Source of the DNA: Cyanophora paradoxa CCMP329
Taxonomy: Eukaryota > Plantae > Glaucophyta
DNA length: 64,000 bases
NCBI GenBank assembly: GCA_004431415.1
Contig: QPMI01000686.1
Location: 1-64,000 of the forward strand
Reading direction: 5' to 3'
Both the position numbers and the translations under genes were made by a program. Shown piece after piece: positions 41,767 to 54,001 of this stretch (position 1 is the stretch's first letter; the number at the start of each line of letters is the position of its first letter). The notes beneath the pieces are model-generated. The model made no database searches and was not told the DNA's origin. It was given only the letters and a program-made list of their open reading frames with translations.

Positions 41767-43981
41767 ATGGCGTTCACCGTCGCCCCCGCCCCCGCGAAGC
41801 TTAGCACAGGCGTTTCGGCTTTCGCCGGCGTCCACAGCAACCGGTCCTTCTTCACGGGCCGGGCGCGCGCGGCGGCGAAGCCGGCGGCGGCCCCGGCACA
41901 GACGACGCGCTTCTTCTTCGTCGATGGTAAGCACGTGGATCGTCTGCAGTCCGGGAGGCCGCGGCTTGCGTTGGGCTGACCTGCCTGCGCGCGCGCACCG
42001 GGGCCCCGCAGCCAAGAAGGTCCTCGTCGTCAACACCGAGTCCGGTGGCCATGCATTCATTGGTGGTACGTTACGTATCCGTCGCACGCCGGGCCTAGCG
42101 GCGCGCCGCTCGGCCGAACCGCGCTTCGCCGCTCGGCCTGACCGCACCCGCTGACGCTTCGGATTCCGCGCAGACTACCTCGCCGCGGATCTCGTCAACG
42201 CCGGCCACGAGGTTGTGTTCTTCAAGAAGGCGCGCCCGCTCGCTCGCCGCCTGCGCCCCTAGCCGCCCGCCGCTTGCGCCCGTCTGAGCGGCGCGGCGCA
42301 GGGCAGCAAGCCGGCTACCCGCAAGCTCCCGGGCCAGTCCGATGCGGACTTCAAGAAGGTCGAGTCGGCGCTCACCGTGCTCAAGGGCGATCCCTCGAGC
42401 GCGGACGAGCTCAAGGCCGCCCTCGCCTCGTACAGCTTCGACGTCGTCGTCGACAACAACGGCAAGGCGCGCCGCCACCGCCGCGCTCCCCTGCACTTCG
42501 ACTCTCAAACCCGAAATCTCAGGACGTACCGGAGACTGAGGCGCTCGTGAACGTGACGAAGCACTCGAAGCCGCACTTCATCTACGTCAGCTCCGCCGGC
42601 ATGTACAAGGTGCCCCGGCCGCCCGCGCCCGCGCTCGCGCCTCGCCATCCCAGCCGCGCTTCGAGCTTAAGCGCGCGGCGAGCAGACGAACGCGTACGGC
42701 GAGATGCCCCACAAGGAGGGCGACACCGTCGACACCAAGTCCTCCAAGGTAGCCGCGCCCCCGCGCGCGCCGCGCGCGTACCCCGAGGAAGGCTGATCCT
42801 GTACCCCCGCAGTTCCTCGCGGAGGAGATGCTGAACGCCTCGGGCCTGCCCGTTACGCACATCCGCCCCGTCTACGTCTACGGCGCCCTCAACTACCGCG
42901 ACATCGAGGTATTCGCGTAGCCCCCCAGAGAGAACCGCTGCGCCGGAAGCTGATCCGGTGCCCGCAGGCGTGGTTCTTCGACCGGATCACCGTACCCTCC
43001 CGCGGCACCCCCTCGCGGCCCGGCCGCCCCCGCTGACGCCCCTCGCCCCTCCGCAGAGCGGCCGGCCCGTGCCCATCCCCGGCTCGGGTGCTCAGGTGCC
43101 GGCGCCCCCTCCTCCACCGCCTCCCGTGCCCGCCCAACCGCGCCGGCGCAGATCACGAACCTGGGCCACGTGTCGGACATGTCGGGGGCGATCATGGCGG
43201 CGATCAACAAGGGCGAGGCCGCCGCCGGCGAGGTTTTCAACATGAGCGGTGCCCCGCCCCGGCCCCCGCCCTGCCCCCGGGGCTCCCATCTGACCTCGCT
43301 GCCCTCGCGCGCGGCGCAGGGCGGAAGTGGACGACGCTGAACGCGCTGGCGAAGCTGTGCGCCGAGGCGGCCGGCGTCGAGGACGTCAAGATCGTCAACT
43401 ACGACTCCAAGAAGTTCTGTGCGCGCCTCCTTGTTTGCCCGGGCTTCTTCAGCGGCACTCGGAGCGAGAGCGCGGGCCTGCAGCTCGGCCCTAGAAGAAG
43501 GCCGCAGCTCACACCCCCCCCTCCCGCTAGAAGCGGCGCAGAAGAGCTCCTGCGCCCGCGGCGCCGGGCCCCGCGCTCTCTCGCGCGCGAGTGCTCCTGA
43601 CGCCCCCCCGCAGCGTTCGGCAAGGGCAAGGCCTTCCCCCTCCGCGAGAAGCACTTCTTCGTCGACACCGACAAGGTGGCGCCTAACCCGCTCCCCCCCT
43701 CCCCCCCCCCGCCGTCCCCCGTGCCCCCTCTCCTCCCCTCACCCTCTCCGCGCCGCACGCGCAGGCGAACCGGAAGCTCGGCTGGGACGAGAAGGTGGGC
43801 CTCAAGAAGGGCCTCGCCGAGTCCTTCGCCGCGTACAAGGTCGTTCTTTTGCATTCGAATTCGACTTCAAGTTCGTGTTGAATCTGGTCTGACGCGCGTC
43901 TCCCCGTGTCTGCCGCAGGCGGCCGGCCGCCCCGCGAAGATCGATTTCGCGATCGACGACGAGATCCTCGGCTCGGCGTAA
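41767..43981 (+). CDS. CSP41a: Chloroplast stem-loop binding protein CSP41a (atypical SDR)
   Basis: Transit peptide MAFTVAPA..; KKVLVVNTESGGHAFIG, FDVVVDNNGK, FIYVSSAGMYK, WFFDRI, PIPGSG and KAFPLR. Confidence 0.92.
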
Positions 43982-44391
43982 GGGGCTCGCTCCCGACTCG
44001 CTGCCGGCCCGCCGGCCCCGCGCTCCCTGAGCTATAGGGGGAGCCCGGGGCCCGGCGGCCGCGCCCCTTTTTGGTTCGGCTTGCTAGTAGGCCACCCTGT
44101 ACTCTATCGATCGGCGCCGAGTGCGTTGTTGAGTTCTTTGAATCGCGTATATGTAGCGTCTTGGCCGCTTGTGCTAGCGCTCGCGGGGCCGACCGCGCGG
44201 GATGCGATGTGAGCTCGCGGCCGCGGAGGCCTGCGCGTGCTGCCGGCGCAGAGGGGCGGCCGGCGTGCCTTGTGGGGGCGCGCGCTAGCGACGATTCGAC
44301 GATGCATATGACTGGTGCTGTTGAAACACGGCTGGCACATTGTACGTATGAGATATCGATCGAATGCATGGGTGCGCGAAAAGCATGAAGC

Positions 44392-46232
44392 TCATTGAGG
44401 CACGGCCTCGGCGGGGGCGGCGGCCGGGGCGGCCTCCGCGGGGGCGGCGGCCGGGGCGGCCTCCGCGGGGGCGGCGGGAGCCGCCTCTGCAGGGGCCGCG
44501 GGGGCCGCCTCGGCAGGGGTAGCGGCCGCCTCGGCGGGGGCGGCAGCGGGGCGGCCGACTCGACCGGCGTGATAGCGTACTGACCGACGGCGGCAGCGTC
44601 GGCGGCGGCGGCGGCGGCGTCGGCGGGGGCGACGGCGGCGTCGGCGGGTGCGGCGGCGTATTGGGCGTGCGCGGCGTCGACGGGGGCGGCTGCCGCGTAC
44701 TGGGCGGCGGCGGCGTCGACCGGGGCGGCCGCGTGTTGCGCGAGGGCGGCGTCGGCGGGGGCGGCGTCGGCGGCGGCGGCGGCGGCGTACTGCGCGTGCG
44801 CGCCGTCGGCCGGGGCGTAGTGCGCCGCCTCGGGGGGGAAGTGGCCGTAGGCGATCTCGGAGAGGGAGGTCGCGGTGGGGAAGCCGTGCGTGGGCGGCAG
44901 CGGGTAGTTGCCGGGGCGGATCATGAGGAAGACCTGCCCGTACCCCGCGTCCCGCGCCGCGATCGCCTCGGGGTACATGTCCGTCGCGAAGACGAGGCGG
45001 TGCTTCTCGGCGGCGGCGCCGAGCGCGTGTGCGATCTTGTCGTAGCTCGAGGCGAGGTTCTTGGGCCCGATCGTCGTCAGGTCGAAGTGGCCGCGCAGGT
45101 ACGGCAGCAGGTCCCCCGCCGTGCTGTGCCCGAAGAGGAGCTGCTGGGCGTGGACGCTCCCCGACGAGTAGATGTACACCGACACCTGCTTCTCCACCCA
45201 CCGCCCGATCGCCTGCCCCGCCCCGCCCCGCCCCGCTCGGCCCCCCGCGCCGGCCCCCGGCGCGCGGCGCGCGGCGGACCTGCGGCACGTCCTCGTATAC
45301 CTCCCCCTTGATCGCCCCCGAGCTGTACCCCTCCTGCCAGATCTTGCCCTGCAGGCTGCGCGCCCCCACGGCTGATCAGTCGCGGCGGGGCGGGGGCGGG
45401 GGCGGGGGCGGGCGGCGGGGCACCTTTTGAGACCGACGGTCTTCTTGTTGTGTTGTATCTCCCACTCGATGCGGACTATCGCCGCCTCGAACACAGCTGG
45501 GTCCTCCAGCGCCCCCGCCGGGATCTGGGGCGTGTCCTGGCCGGCCGCCAGCTCCGACTCCGCTGCGCGCCCACCCCGCCGTCAGCGCCCCGCCGAAGCC
45601 CGGGGTCGTGGGTCGGAGGGCGGGCCCGCGGGGCTGCCCAGGCGCACCTTGCGCGCGGATCTGCTCGACGTCGGTGCGAACGGCGGGCTCCGCGATGTGC
45701 GCGAGGAGGTACTGCCGCAGGTGCTGCTTCGCGTACGGGAAGAGTGTGTTCTCAACGAACGTGATCGGCGTCGTTGTCCCCTGCCGCCCGCTCAGCGCCG
45801 CCCGCCCGCCGGGCCGCCGCGAACCCCGCACCTCAATGTCGAGGATGACCGCAAGCGGGCCTGCCATCGCCATCGGCTGCACCGGGACCGACGGCGCTCC
45901 TGTAGCGTGGTACATGTGACCGTAGGGCGCCGGCGCGGGCTCCGGCCTGCCCCCTAGTCAAGCGAATCAAAAGCCGCCGCCGCGGGAAACCATACGCACG
46001 GCTGGCCGCCGTTGTAGGAGGCGCCGGTGGAGCGTTTCTTCTTTGGCTTCGGTGCGGGCATATCGTCGCTGTCGTCTTCACCCCGGGAGTTGTCGAGGTC
46101 CTTCTTCAGCTCCTCCACGAAGGGATTCGGCTTGCGCGGCCTGGTGGAGTACCTCCTGCCACCAGGCGAGACCAGCTCGTTCCCGGAAGATGCGAATTCG
46201 CCGCTCGGCGCGCTATCTTCGCTGCCTGCCAT
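44392..46232 (-). CDS. ENOPH1: Enolase-phosphatase E1 (methionine salvage, HAD family) with N- and C-terminal extensions
   Basis: VILDIE|GTTTPITFV..LFPYA, LK|SLQGKIWQEGY, YIYSSGSVHAQQLLFGH and RPGN. The upstream exon at 46232 splices in frame. Probable 1-nt frameshift near 44550. Confidence 0.9.
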
Positions 46233-46936
46233 CCTCGCTCAGAAAGTTCGTGACCAGCTTGGGGACTCTCCCAGCGAATCAGCGATCTTTCGCCGCCCCG
46301 CCTGACTAGCCGCTAACGCGCTAACGCTCGACGATGCGGTTTTCGCGGACAGCAAGAGATCTGACGGGTACGGAGCGCGCTATGCAGGCAACTGTACCCC
46401 GCTAGCCAGGAGATCAAATTCCGCTAACGATAGATAGCTCGACATCGCCGGCGCATATGCATTCACAGCTATGAAGATATTTTGTTATCGCCCATGCATG
46501 CGCACACTCGCAGGCATCGATACCATCGAACTCTGGCCAGGGCGCTCGAGCTCGCGCCCCCAAACTCGCCATGGCCATGGCCAAACCGTTACTAAGTTAA
46601 CTAGTTCTCGCCGCGCCGCGCGAGTACATGCCGCCGCGCCAGCGAGTAGTACAGCGCGCGAGTACTCGCGCCAGCGAGCTTCCGAGTTCGCGTACGTATA
46701 CGTCTTCGAAGTTGGACGTCGACTGCCGGCGCCGCGCATTGCAGCAGTGCGCCATATGCATGCGGCTGCCACGTCTCCCAGCATCGATATCCGATGATCA
46801 CGCTCGACATCTTTGCTTCACCGAGTCCTTCCCTGCCCGTCAGGGAAGGCGCGGTTTCAAATTGGGCAGACCAAGGCGAGGCCGACGGGGCCCCATGCAT
46901 TTCGAACGCATCGCGGAGCCGCAGGGGTCGGCTAGG

Positions 46937-49060
46937 CTACGCGGCGTCGCACGAAGGGCCCGGGGCGGCGGCGTCGGGGCCCGGGCCGGGCACCCAGCCG
47001 CCGCGGTCGATCTGGTCGACGGCGTGGAGGACCCAGCGGCCGGGGCGGCGCGAGGGGATGCAGACGCCGCGCACGAAGTCGCCCGACTTGAGGCCGTTCT
47101 GCTCCATGGTGTGCGGCTCGATGCAGATGTCGTTCGGCGTCTTCTTGAACCCGTAGCAGTCCATCACCACGAAGCCCTGGCCCTTGTTCGACGTCGAGAC
47201 GAGCCCGCACACCTGCGCGCCGCGGGGCTCGGCGAAGCAGCCCGGGGCGGGGCGGGGCCGGGCGGGGCGCACGTCGAAGCCGTTGGGGAAGCGATCCGAG
47301 TGCTGCCGCGGGACGTGGAAGCCGGGGAGCGGCGGTACGGGCCGCCCGTTGACCGTCAGCGGCTGCACGAGGGCCGCGCCCGCGCCGTCCGCCGACTGGA
47401 TGGCGTGCCCGCTGACCTGCGCGCGCCCCGCGACGCCCGCCTCGAACGGCGGCCCGGCCGCGCCGCGCCCCGGCCGGCGGACCTGGTCGCCGCGCTGGAG
47501 GCTGTACCGCGAGAGCAGCGCGCAGCCGATGAACTGCGCGCCCCGGCCGGCGGTCGGCGGGCGGGGGCCGGGCGATCAGCGGGGCGCGCGGGCGGCGCAC
47601 GATGTCCTTGGAGGAGGAGCCGTGCTCGCGCAGGAAGCCGAACTTGGGCCCCGCGTCGATCTTCCCCGTGCACGAGAACCTGCGCCGGCCCCGCCCCGCC
47701 GCGTCGGCCGGGGCCGCTGGGCAGGAGAGGGCCGGTGGGGCAGGGCAGGGGCACGGCGCACCAGGAGCTCTGCACGTCCAAGTTGCCGTCCCCGCCGGGG
47801 CCCTGCTCCAGCATCTTCTCCTCTACCTCGCCCCGCGGCGCCCCGCTCCGGCCGCCCCCGCCGCTGCCTCCGACATCCCCGGCCTCGGCCTCGTCCGAGG
47901 GGCCCGGTCCACCGTACCGCCGCCGCTCGCCGCCGCCGTAGCCGCCCTCCCTGTACCCCCGCTGCTGCCGCTGCTGCTGCTGCTGATTCTGCTCGCCGCG
48001 CCCCGCCCCGCCGTGCCAGTGCCCGTTCTCGTGCCGCCAGCCTTGCCGCTCGCCCCAGTCGCCGCCGCCGCCGCTGTGCTCCGGGGGCCGCCCGCCGCCC
48101 TCGCGCTCCGCGTCGCCGGCCTCCTGCGGACCGCCGCCGCCGCCCGAGCCGCCGGGGCCGCCGGGCTCGTGCTGGCGGGGCGGCGGGAGGGTGATGCCCT
48201 CGACGGGGGCGCCGTTGACCGCGAGCAGCTCGACGAGGGCGCGCCCGTGGCCTGGCGGCCGCTCCGGCCTCAGCTCCGCCATCCCTTCCACCTCGTCCCC
48301 GTCGTGCAGCTCCCCCCTGCGCCGCTCGGTCACGCCCCGACAAGCCCCGCCCCGCCCCGCCCCGCCCGCCGCCGAGGGAGGGGGCGCGCGCACCGCTCGA
48401 TGATCGAGGGGTGCACCCAGACGTCGTGCTCGCTCCACTGGTACCCCGTCTCGGAGAAGCGGATGAAGCCGGGGCCGCGCTCCCGCCGGTGCATGAAGAG
48501 CCGCCCCGCCACCCGCGTCGCGCCCCCGCGGCCCTTCCAGTCGCCCCCGTACGAGGCCGCCGCCGCCGCCGAGGAGGAGGAGGAGGACGGCGCGGGGTCC
48601 GGCGGCGGGTGGAAGTCCGCCCCCTCGCGCTCCCGCGGCGGGCCGCGCCGCTCGTAGGGCGGCGGGCCCGCGGCGGCGCCGGACCCTCCCGCTCCGGGAA
48701 GTTGCCGCGCTCCCGCGGCGGGCCGCGAGGCGGGCCGCGGGGCGGGCCGTGCCCGCCGGGCGAGCGGGGCCGCTTGCGGGACTCGTACCCATCCGGTCCG
48801 CCGTGCGGCTCGCCGTACCGCCGTTCAGGGGGGGAGGAGTAGTCGGGTGGAGTGTGGATGGGGAGGGGCGGGTGGATCGAGTGGGGGGCGGGGGCGGGGT
48901 GGGGGGTGTGGGGGTGGCCCGGTTCGGGGGGGTACGGGCCGCCGTCCACCGGCATGTAGGGCGCATATGGAAGAGTCGTAGGTGGTAGTTGAGAGTAGTC
49001 GACGCCCTCGTAGCCGGGAGCGCTGCTGGGGTGCGCCCGGTAATCCGCGGCGAGTTCCTG
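46937..49060 (-). CDS. RNA-binding protein with three Rho-type OB (cold-shock-like) domains and Pro/Gly/Arg/Tyr-rich disordered regions; 5' exons unresolved (may reach ~49.7 kb)
   Basis: GPGFIR..DVWVHPSIIERGELHDGDEVEG..ALVELLAVNG; FGFLR..DIFI..SRYSLQRGDQVSG..ALV..TVNG; GQGFVV..NDICIEP..NGLKSGDFVRG. Confidence 0.75.
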
Positions 49061-50069
49061 TCTGGGCGTCGGGGACCGAGCGGAATGATTTTGACCGATT
49101 AGAGAAAAGGAGAGATATAGGTATCCAAAATCCAAGAAAAGAATTCCAAAACAGCGGAGGACGTCATTGAGTTCCAGGGCCGAGAATGAGCGGGCATAAG
49201 AGGCTTCCCGCGATCCAAACAATATATGGTCCAGGTAAAAAGAAAGTTCCAAAATAGCCGATGTATAAGGGATTCCAGATGGATAGCGCAAGGTAACGCG
49301 CGACGCATTCAGACGACGAGACGAGCGACCGGCGTACCTCCCGAACGATAACGCATAGGAGATCACAAACTGGGTAATCGCGTAGGAAGGGCGCCAAATT
49401 CAAGGCGCAATCCCAAGTAAAGAGGAAGAGACGAGCTCGATCTTCGCTGTACTTAACGTAGCCGACCTGCTCAGAGGCGCTGTGGACTCAGATCCGTGCT
49501 GGCGAGAGGCGTGCTGGCGGCCAAGCGCACTCGGTCCCGCCTGCTGAGCTGTTCCGCGTAATCCTTCAGAGATGGCTCCTCGGCCCCGGGCGCCGAGCGG
49601 ATCCCGAGGCTGCAGATCCACTCGCACCGCTCGCACCAGCTCACGGCTCCGCTGGTTTCCGTGCGCTGCGACACCTCGAGATCATCCCGCCTGTCGCAAA
49701 GATTAGACCGCAGACGTGTGAAAGCGGCCGCCCGTCAGTCCCCTTCACTCACATCTTGTCCCACAGCTTGCCGCTTACGACGAGCGCCTCCGCTTGGTAT
49801 CGCCTCTTGACGCGACCCGTATCCTCATCTGCACGTTTCGACCGCGCGTGAGCCCCGTGCGGCCGGCACCGCAGGACCTTCGCGCGGCAATCGCGCCGAG
49901 GCCCGCGCAGCTTCCCGGTGAGGCGGATCCGTAATCAGGCGCACCTATGCTGATGATTCTGCCGTTCCAGTTTCGCGGGGGCGGCTCCGCCCGCACGTCC
50001 ATCGCTGTGCTTTGACTCGCACTGTACCCCACCGGCGGCAGCACTTTTTCGCCGGCGCCGGCCAGCTTG

Positions 50070-50600
50070 ATGGCTCACCAGATGCAGTCGCCGCTGGCCC
50101 AGTGCACGTGGGAAGGCCGACTGAGTTTCTTCGGCGACGAGCCCGACGACTGGCAGATGAGCGTGCCAGCCCGCGCTTGGGGATGGCCTGGCGACGGCTG
50201 CAGCCCAGCCGTCGCCGACGAGATGCGGCGCGTGGGCAAGCTGCCGCTGTGCGCGCTTTCTCCGTCGCCCGCTCGGCGCGGCCGTCGCGGCTGACCGCTG
50301 GCACTGTTGTTCGCAGGCTCCCCGATCTGCGCTTCGAGGACTACGTGGAAATGTCAGAGTTCTTTGATCTCGCGGAGAAGCTGGAGACCGCTTTCTGGTT
50401 CAGCGTACAGTCCGCCGACGAGCGCTTCAAAAATGCCTTGCAGTTCTGGGACGACGCTGGGCGCGTCCCGCAAACTGACCTCGCTGCGCTGCCCGTCGCT
50501 GTCTTCGTCGTCAAATCCGAGCGCGCACGTCAGCGCTTCCAGAAGCTTCAACTCGTGCGTGGCCGGGCGGACGTCCGCAGGGAAGCGCACTGATGCGAGC
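50070..50600 (+). CDS. Hypothetical exons, unassigned
   Basis: Coding-like cag|-bounded segments (CTWEGRLSFF..; LPDLRFEDYVEMSEFFDLAEKLETAFWF..). No clear start or stop. Confidence 0.3.
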
Positions 50601-50826
50601 CTCACGCGGCGCGTTGCAGCTATGCGACGCCCCGGACGCGGTCGGCCTCGCGCTCTACACGATGCGGGACCTCTCCTCGCAGCAGAAGAAGTCGTAGCTC
50701 CCCGGCCTCGGCGCGCGCGGCTGCGGCGAAGAAAATAGCAGCGCCCCCGCTAACACCCGTGTGGCTGCCGCTGGCTAGGGTGCGCAAGCCACTGCAACGC
50801 TTTTTTCGATTCGCTTGATTGGACGG

Positions 50827-51256
50827 CAGACCCGGCGGGGGCGCTGGAGGACCCAACTGTGTTCGAGGCGGCGATAGTCCGCATCGAGTGGGAGATACAA
50901 CACAACAAGAAGACCGTCGGTCTCAAGAGGTGCAAGAGGTGCCTCGCCGCCCGCCCCCGCCCCCGCCCCCGCCCCCGCCCCCGCCGCGTTTATTCAGCAG
51001 CCGTGGGGGCGCGCAGCCTGCAGGGCAAGATCTGGCAGGAGGGGTACAGCTCGGGGGCGATCAAGGAGGAGGTCTACGAGGACGTGCCGCAGGTCCGCCG
51101 CGCGCCGCGCGCCGGGGGCCGGCGCGGGGGGCCGAGCGGGGCGGGGCGGGGCGGGGCAGGCGATCGGGCGGTGGGTGGAGAAGCAGGTGTCGGTGTACAT
51201 CTACTCGTCGGGGAGCGTCCACGTCCAGCAGCTGCTCTTCGGGCACAGCACGGCGG
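50827..51256 (+). pseudogene. Inverted partial copy of the enolase-phosphatase E1 gene
   Basis: Near-identical reverse complement of ~45116-45526 including two introns; carries a local CAAGAGGTG duplication. Confidence 0.9.
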
Positions 51257-51532
51257 ATACATGAGAACCCCCGCCGCCGAGCCCGAGCCCGAGCTTCCTG
51301 TTGCGTTCGTTGCATGCGCACTGCCACAAGTGATGCTTGCCGCAACTGTACATGTCGTATTCAATAGGACATATCTTAATAGAGCAGCGGGCTCGAGTGC
51401 GCTTCTGCATCGCGGGATCGGGCCTCTGGGGGGCTTCGAATTCTCGGGCGGTGCCCCTCCACATCTTTTCATCGGGCTTTGGCTTCCTCTACATCGCGAT
51501 GCGCTGCCGGGCTGCCCGCGGCGGTCGCCTCT

Positions 51533-53962
51533 TCAGTGCCCGCGGTGCCCGCCTCGGCCGCCGCGGCCGCCGCGCCCCTGCCGCCGCCGCCGCGGGGGTA
51601 GCCCTCGGGGGGCGGGCGCCAGCCCTCCTGCTGGGCCTGCTCCTGCTGCCACGAGAGCTGCTGCGACCTGCGCGCCGCTTGGAGGGGCGCAGGGGGCGCA
51701 GGGGAGAGCGAGTGTACCCGCTCTTGGAGTACTCCTCGGCCGCCCACGTCGGCTCGGGCTCGGCGCGCCCGCCGGGGCCGCCCCGCCCCGCCCGCCTCGC
51801 CCGCCGCGCCCGCCGCGGTGCCCGCGCTGGCCGCCCTGGTGGCCCCTCCGCCGTAGTGCTGCTGCTGCTGCTGCTGCTGCCCGGGGGCTTGGCCCGCATC
51901 GGGGGCCGCCCCCGCCCCCACCGCCGCCGCGCCGCCGCCCTGCCCCGCGTAGTAGTTCGTCCCGGGGACCGGCGCGTGCCCGTACGCGCCGGGGTACGCC
52001 TGGTGGTGGTAGCCGTAGTGCGGGTACACGTATCCCGGCGCCATGGGGTACGGGTAGCCCTGGCCGTACGGGCCGACCGGGGGGTACCCCATCGGCATCG
52101 CGTAGGGCGCCGCCGGGTACGGCATCGCGGCGGCCGGGTGGACCGGGTACGGCGCGACGGGTGCGGTCGGGGCGGCGCCGCCGACGGCGGGCTGCGGGGG
52201 CGGGGGCGGGGCGGGCCAGCTGCCGGAGGCGGCGGCGGGCGCCGGGGCGGCGGGCTGCGCCGGCGGCGAGCGGGCGCCGTGCTGCGGTGCCGTCAGCGAG
52301 GGGGCGGGGCGGGGGTGAAGGGGGGCCGGGGGCGCGCCTGGGGCTTCTTGCCCTTGTCCTTGCCCTGCTCGTGGGGCGGGGGCGGGGCGGCGGAGCGGGG
52401 AACGGGGGGCAGGCTCTGCCCCTGCGCCTGCGCCTGCGCGTTGATCTTGTTCCATAGCGCCACCACGTCGATGCCGCCGCCCTCGCCCGCAGGCGCCAGC
52501 CCCGCCCCGCTCTCCGCCCCCGACGCCGCCGTCTGCGGGCGCTGCAGGATGGCCTTCGGCTGCGCCTGCGGCTGCGGCTGCGGCTGCGGCTGCGGGTGCG
52601 CGTGCTGGCCCTGCTGGGCGAGCTGGGGCGAGGTCCAGGCGCGGTGCACGGGGGCGCTCTGCACGCGCTGCGGCGCCCCGCCCGGCGCCGGGAGGAGGCC
52701 CCCCGCCGAGGCCGGGTGCGGGTGCGCCTGCGGGCGCTGGAGGATGGCCTGCGGCTGCGCGCGCTGCCCGTGGTGGAACGGCTGCCCCTGGCCCTGGCCC
52801 TGGCCCTGCCCCTGGCCCTGGCCCTTGCCCTGCGAAGACGCCTGCGAAGCGTCCTCGTAAGCCGGAGAGCGTCGAGGGAGGGGCGCAGGAGCTCGCGAGG
52901 GGGCGGGCCTGGGCGGAGAGGCGGGGGCGGGAGAGGTTGAGGAGCCAGGCGGAGTGGACGCGCTTGCCGCGCATCTCGGAGCAGCGCCCGTCGAGGTTCG
53001 TGCCCCCGAGGAACGGCTCGTCGAAGAGCACCTCCGCCTGCCCCGCCCGCGTCGGAGGCGGAGAAGGGCGGGGGGGAGAAGGGCGGGAAGGGGGTGGGGG
53101 CACCTGGGCGTTGGCGAGGAGGCCGACGACCGTACCCCTGGCGCCGAAGGGCACCTGCCCCCCCGAGCGCAGGTTCAGGACCCGGTCCCCGAGCTGGAAC
53201 TGGCCCGTCTGGGGGGTACAGGTCAGAGAAATCAAAGGGGGGGGGGGAGGAGACGGCGGGGGTTACCTGGGAGGGGATGACGGGCGCGATGCGGGGGTCC
53301 GCCTCCTCAATGGGGCGGTACACCTCCTCGGGCTTTACCCCCTTCAGCACCACCTCCTGCGGCGAAACGTGAGAACGGAACGAAACGGATACGATGCGAG
53401 AAAGGGCCCCGCGGGGACTCGAACCTTGAACGTGGCCTGCTTGAGGATGTCCGTGTACTTGGCCGCCGCCGCCTCCACCTCCTCCAGGGCCTTCGGGGGT
53501 ACGAGAATGAGGCGGGGGCGAAGCGCTTGCGGGGGGGTACGGCGGCACCTCCTTCATGAGGGCGGAGGACTCGCAGGGGGTGAGCTGCGCCCCGTGCGTC
53601 GGGAGGGTCGCCATCCACAGCTTGAGCTCCCTGCGCCGCCCCGCCGCGTGAGCCGAGCAAGCAGCAGCAGCGGGGCCGGGGCCTGGGCGAGGGAGGGGGG
53701 GGCACTTGGCGGCGAGCTTGGGGTCGGGGGCGTCGGGGAAGACGAGGTTGGCGGGGAAGCCGCCCTCGTCCTCGTCCCGCGCCTGCGCCCCGCCACGGCC
53801 CCCCCGCTCGCTCGGGCGCGCCGGGGGGGCTAGGGGGCGGGGCGCACGTTGTTGAGGGTGTTGAAGAGGCCGGGGGCGTGCTTCATGTACGCCCGCACCA
53901 CGTTCAGCGCCTCCTCGCTGGGCGCGCCGGGGGCGGGTGAGGGGCCGGGGGGCGAGGGCTAG

Positions 53963-54001
<39 letters not shown>

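Noticed and set aside
44540-44560. Programmed frameshift in E1 (and in the XRN1 tail, 51550-51850)
   Set aside because: The shifts fall in G/C runs, so long-read homopolymer errors are more likely.
53963-53998. Poly-G tract or G-quadruplex (also 27067-27170)
   Set aside because: Intronic C-runs on the coding strand are general in this genome, and homopolymer length is unreliable.
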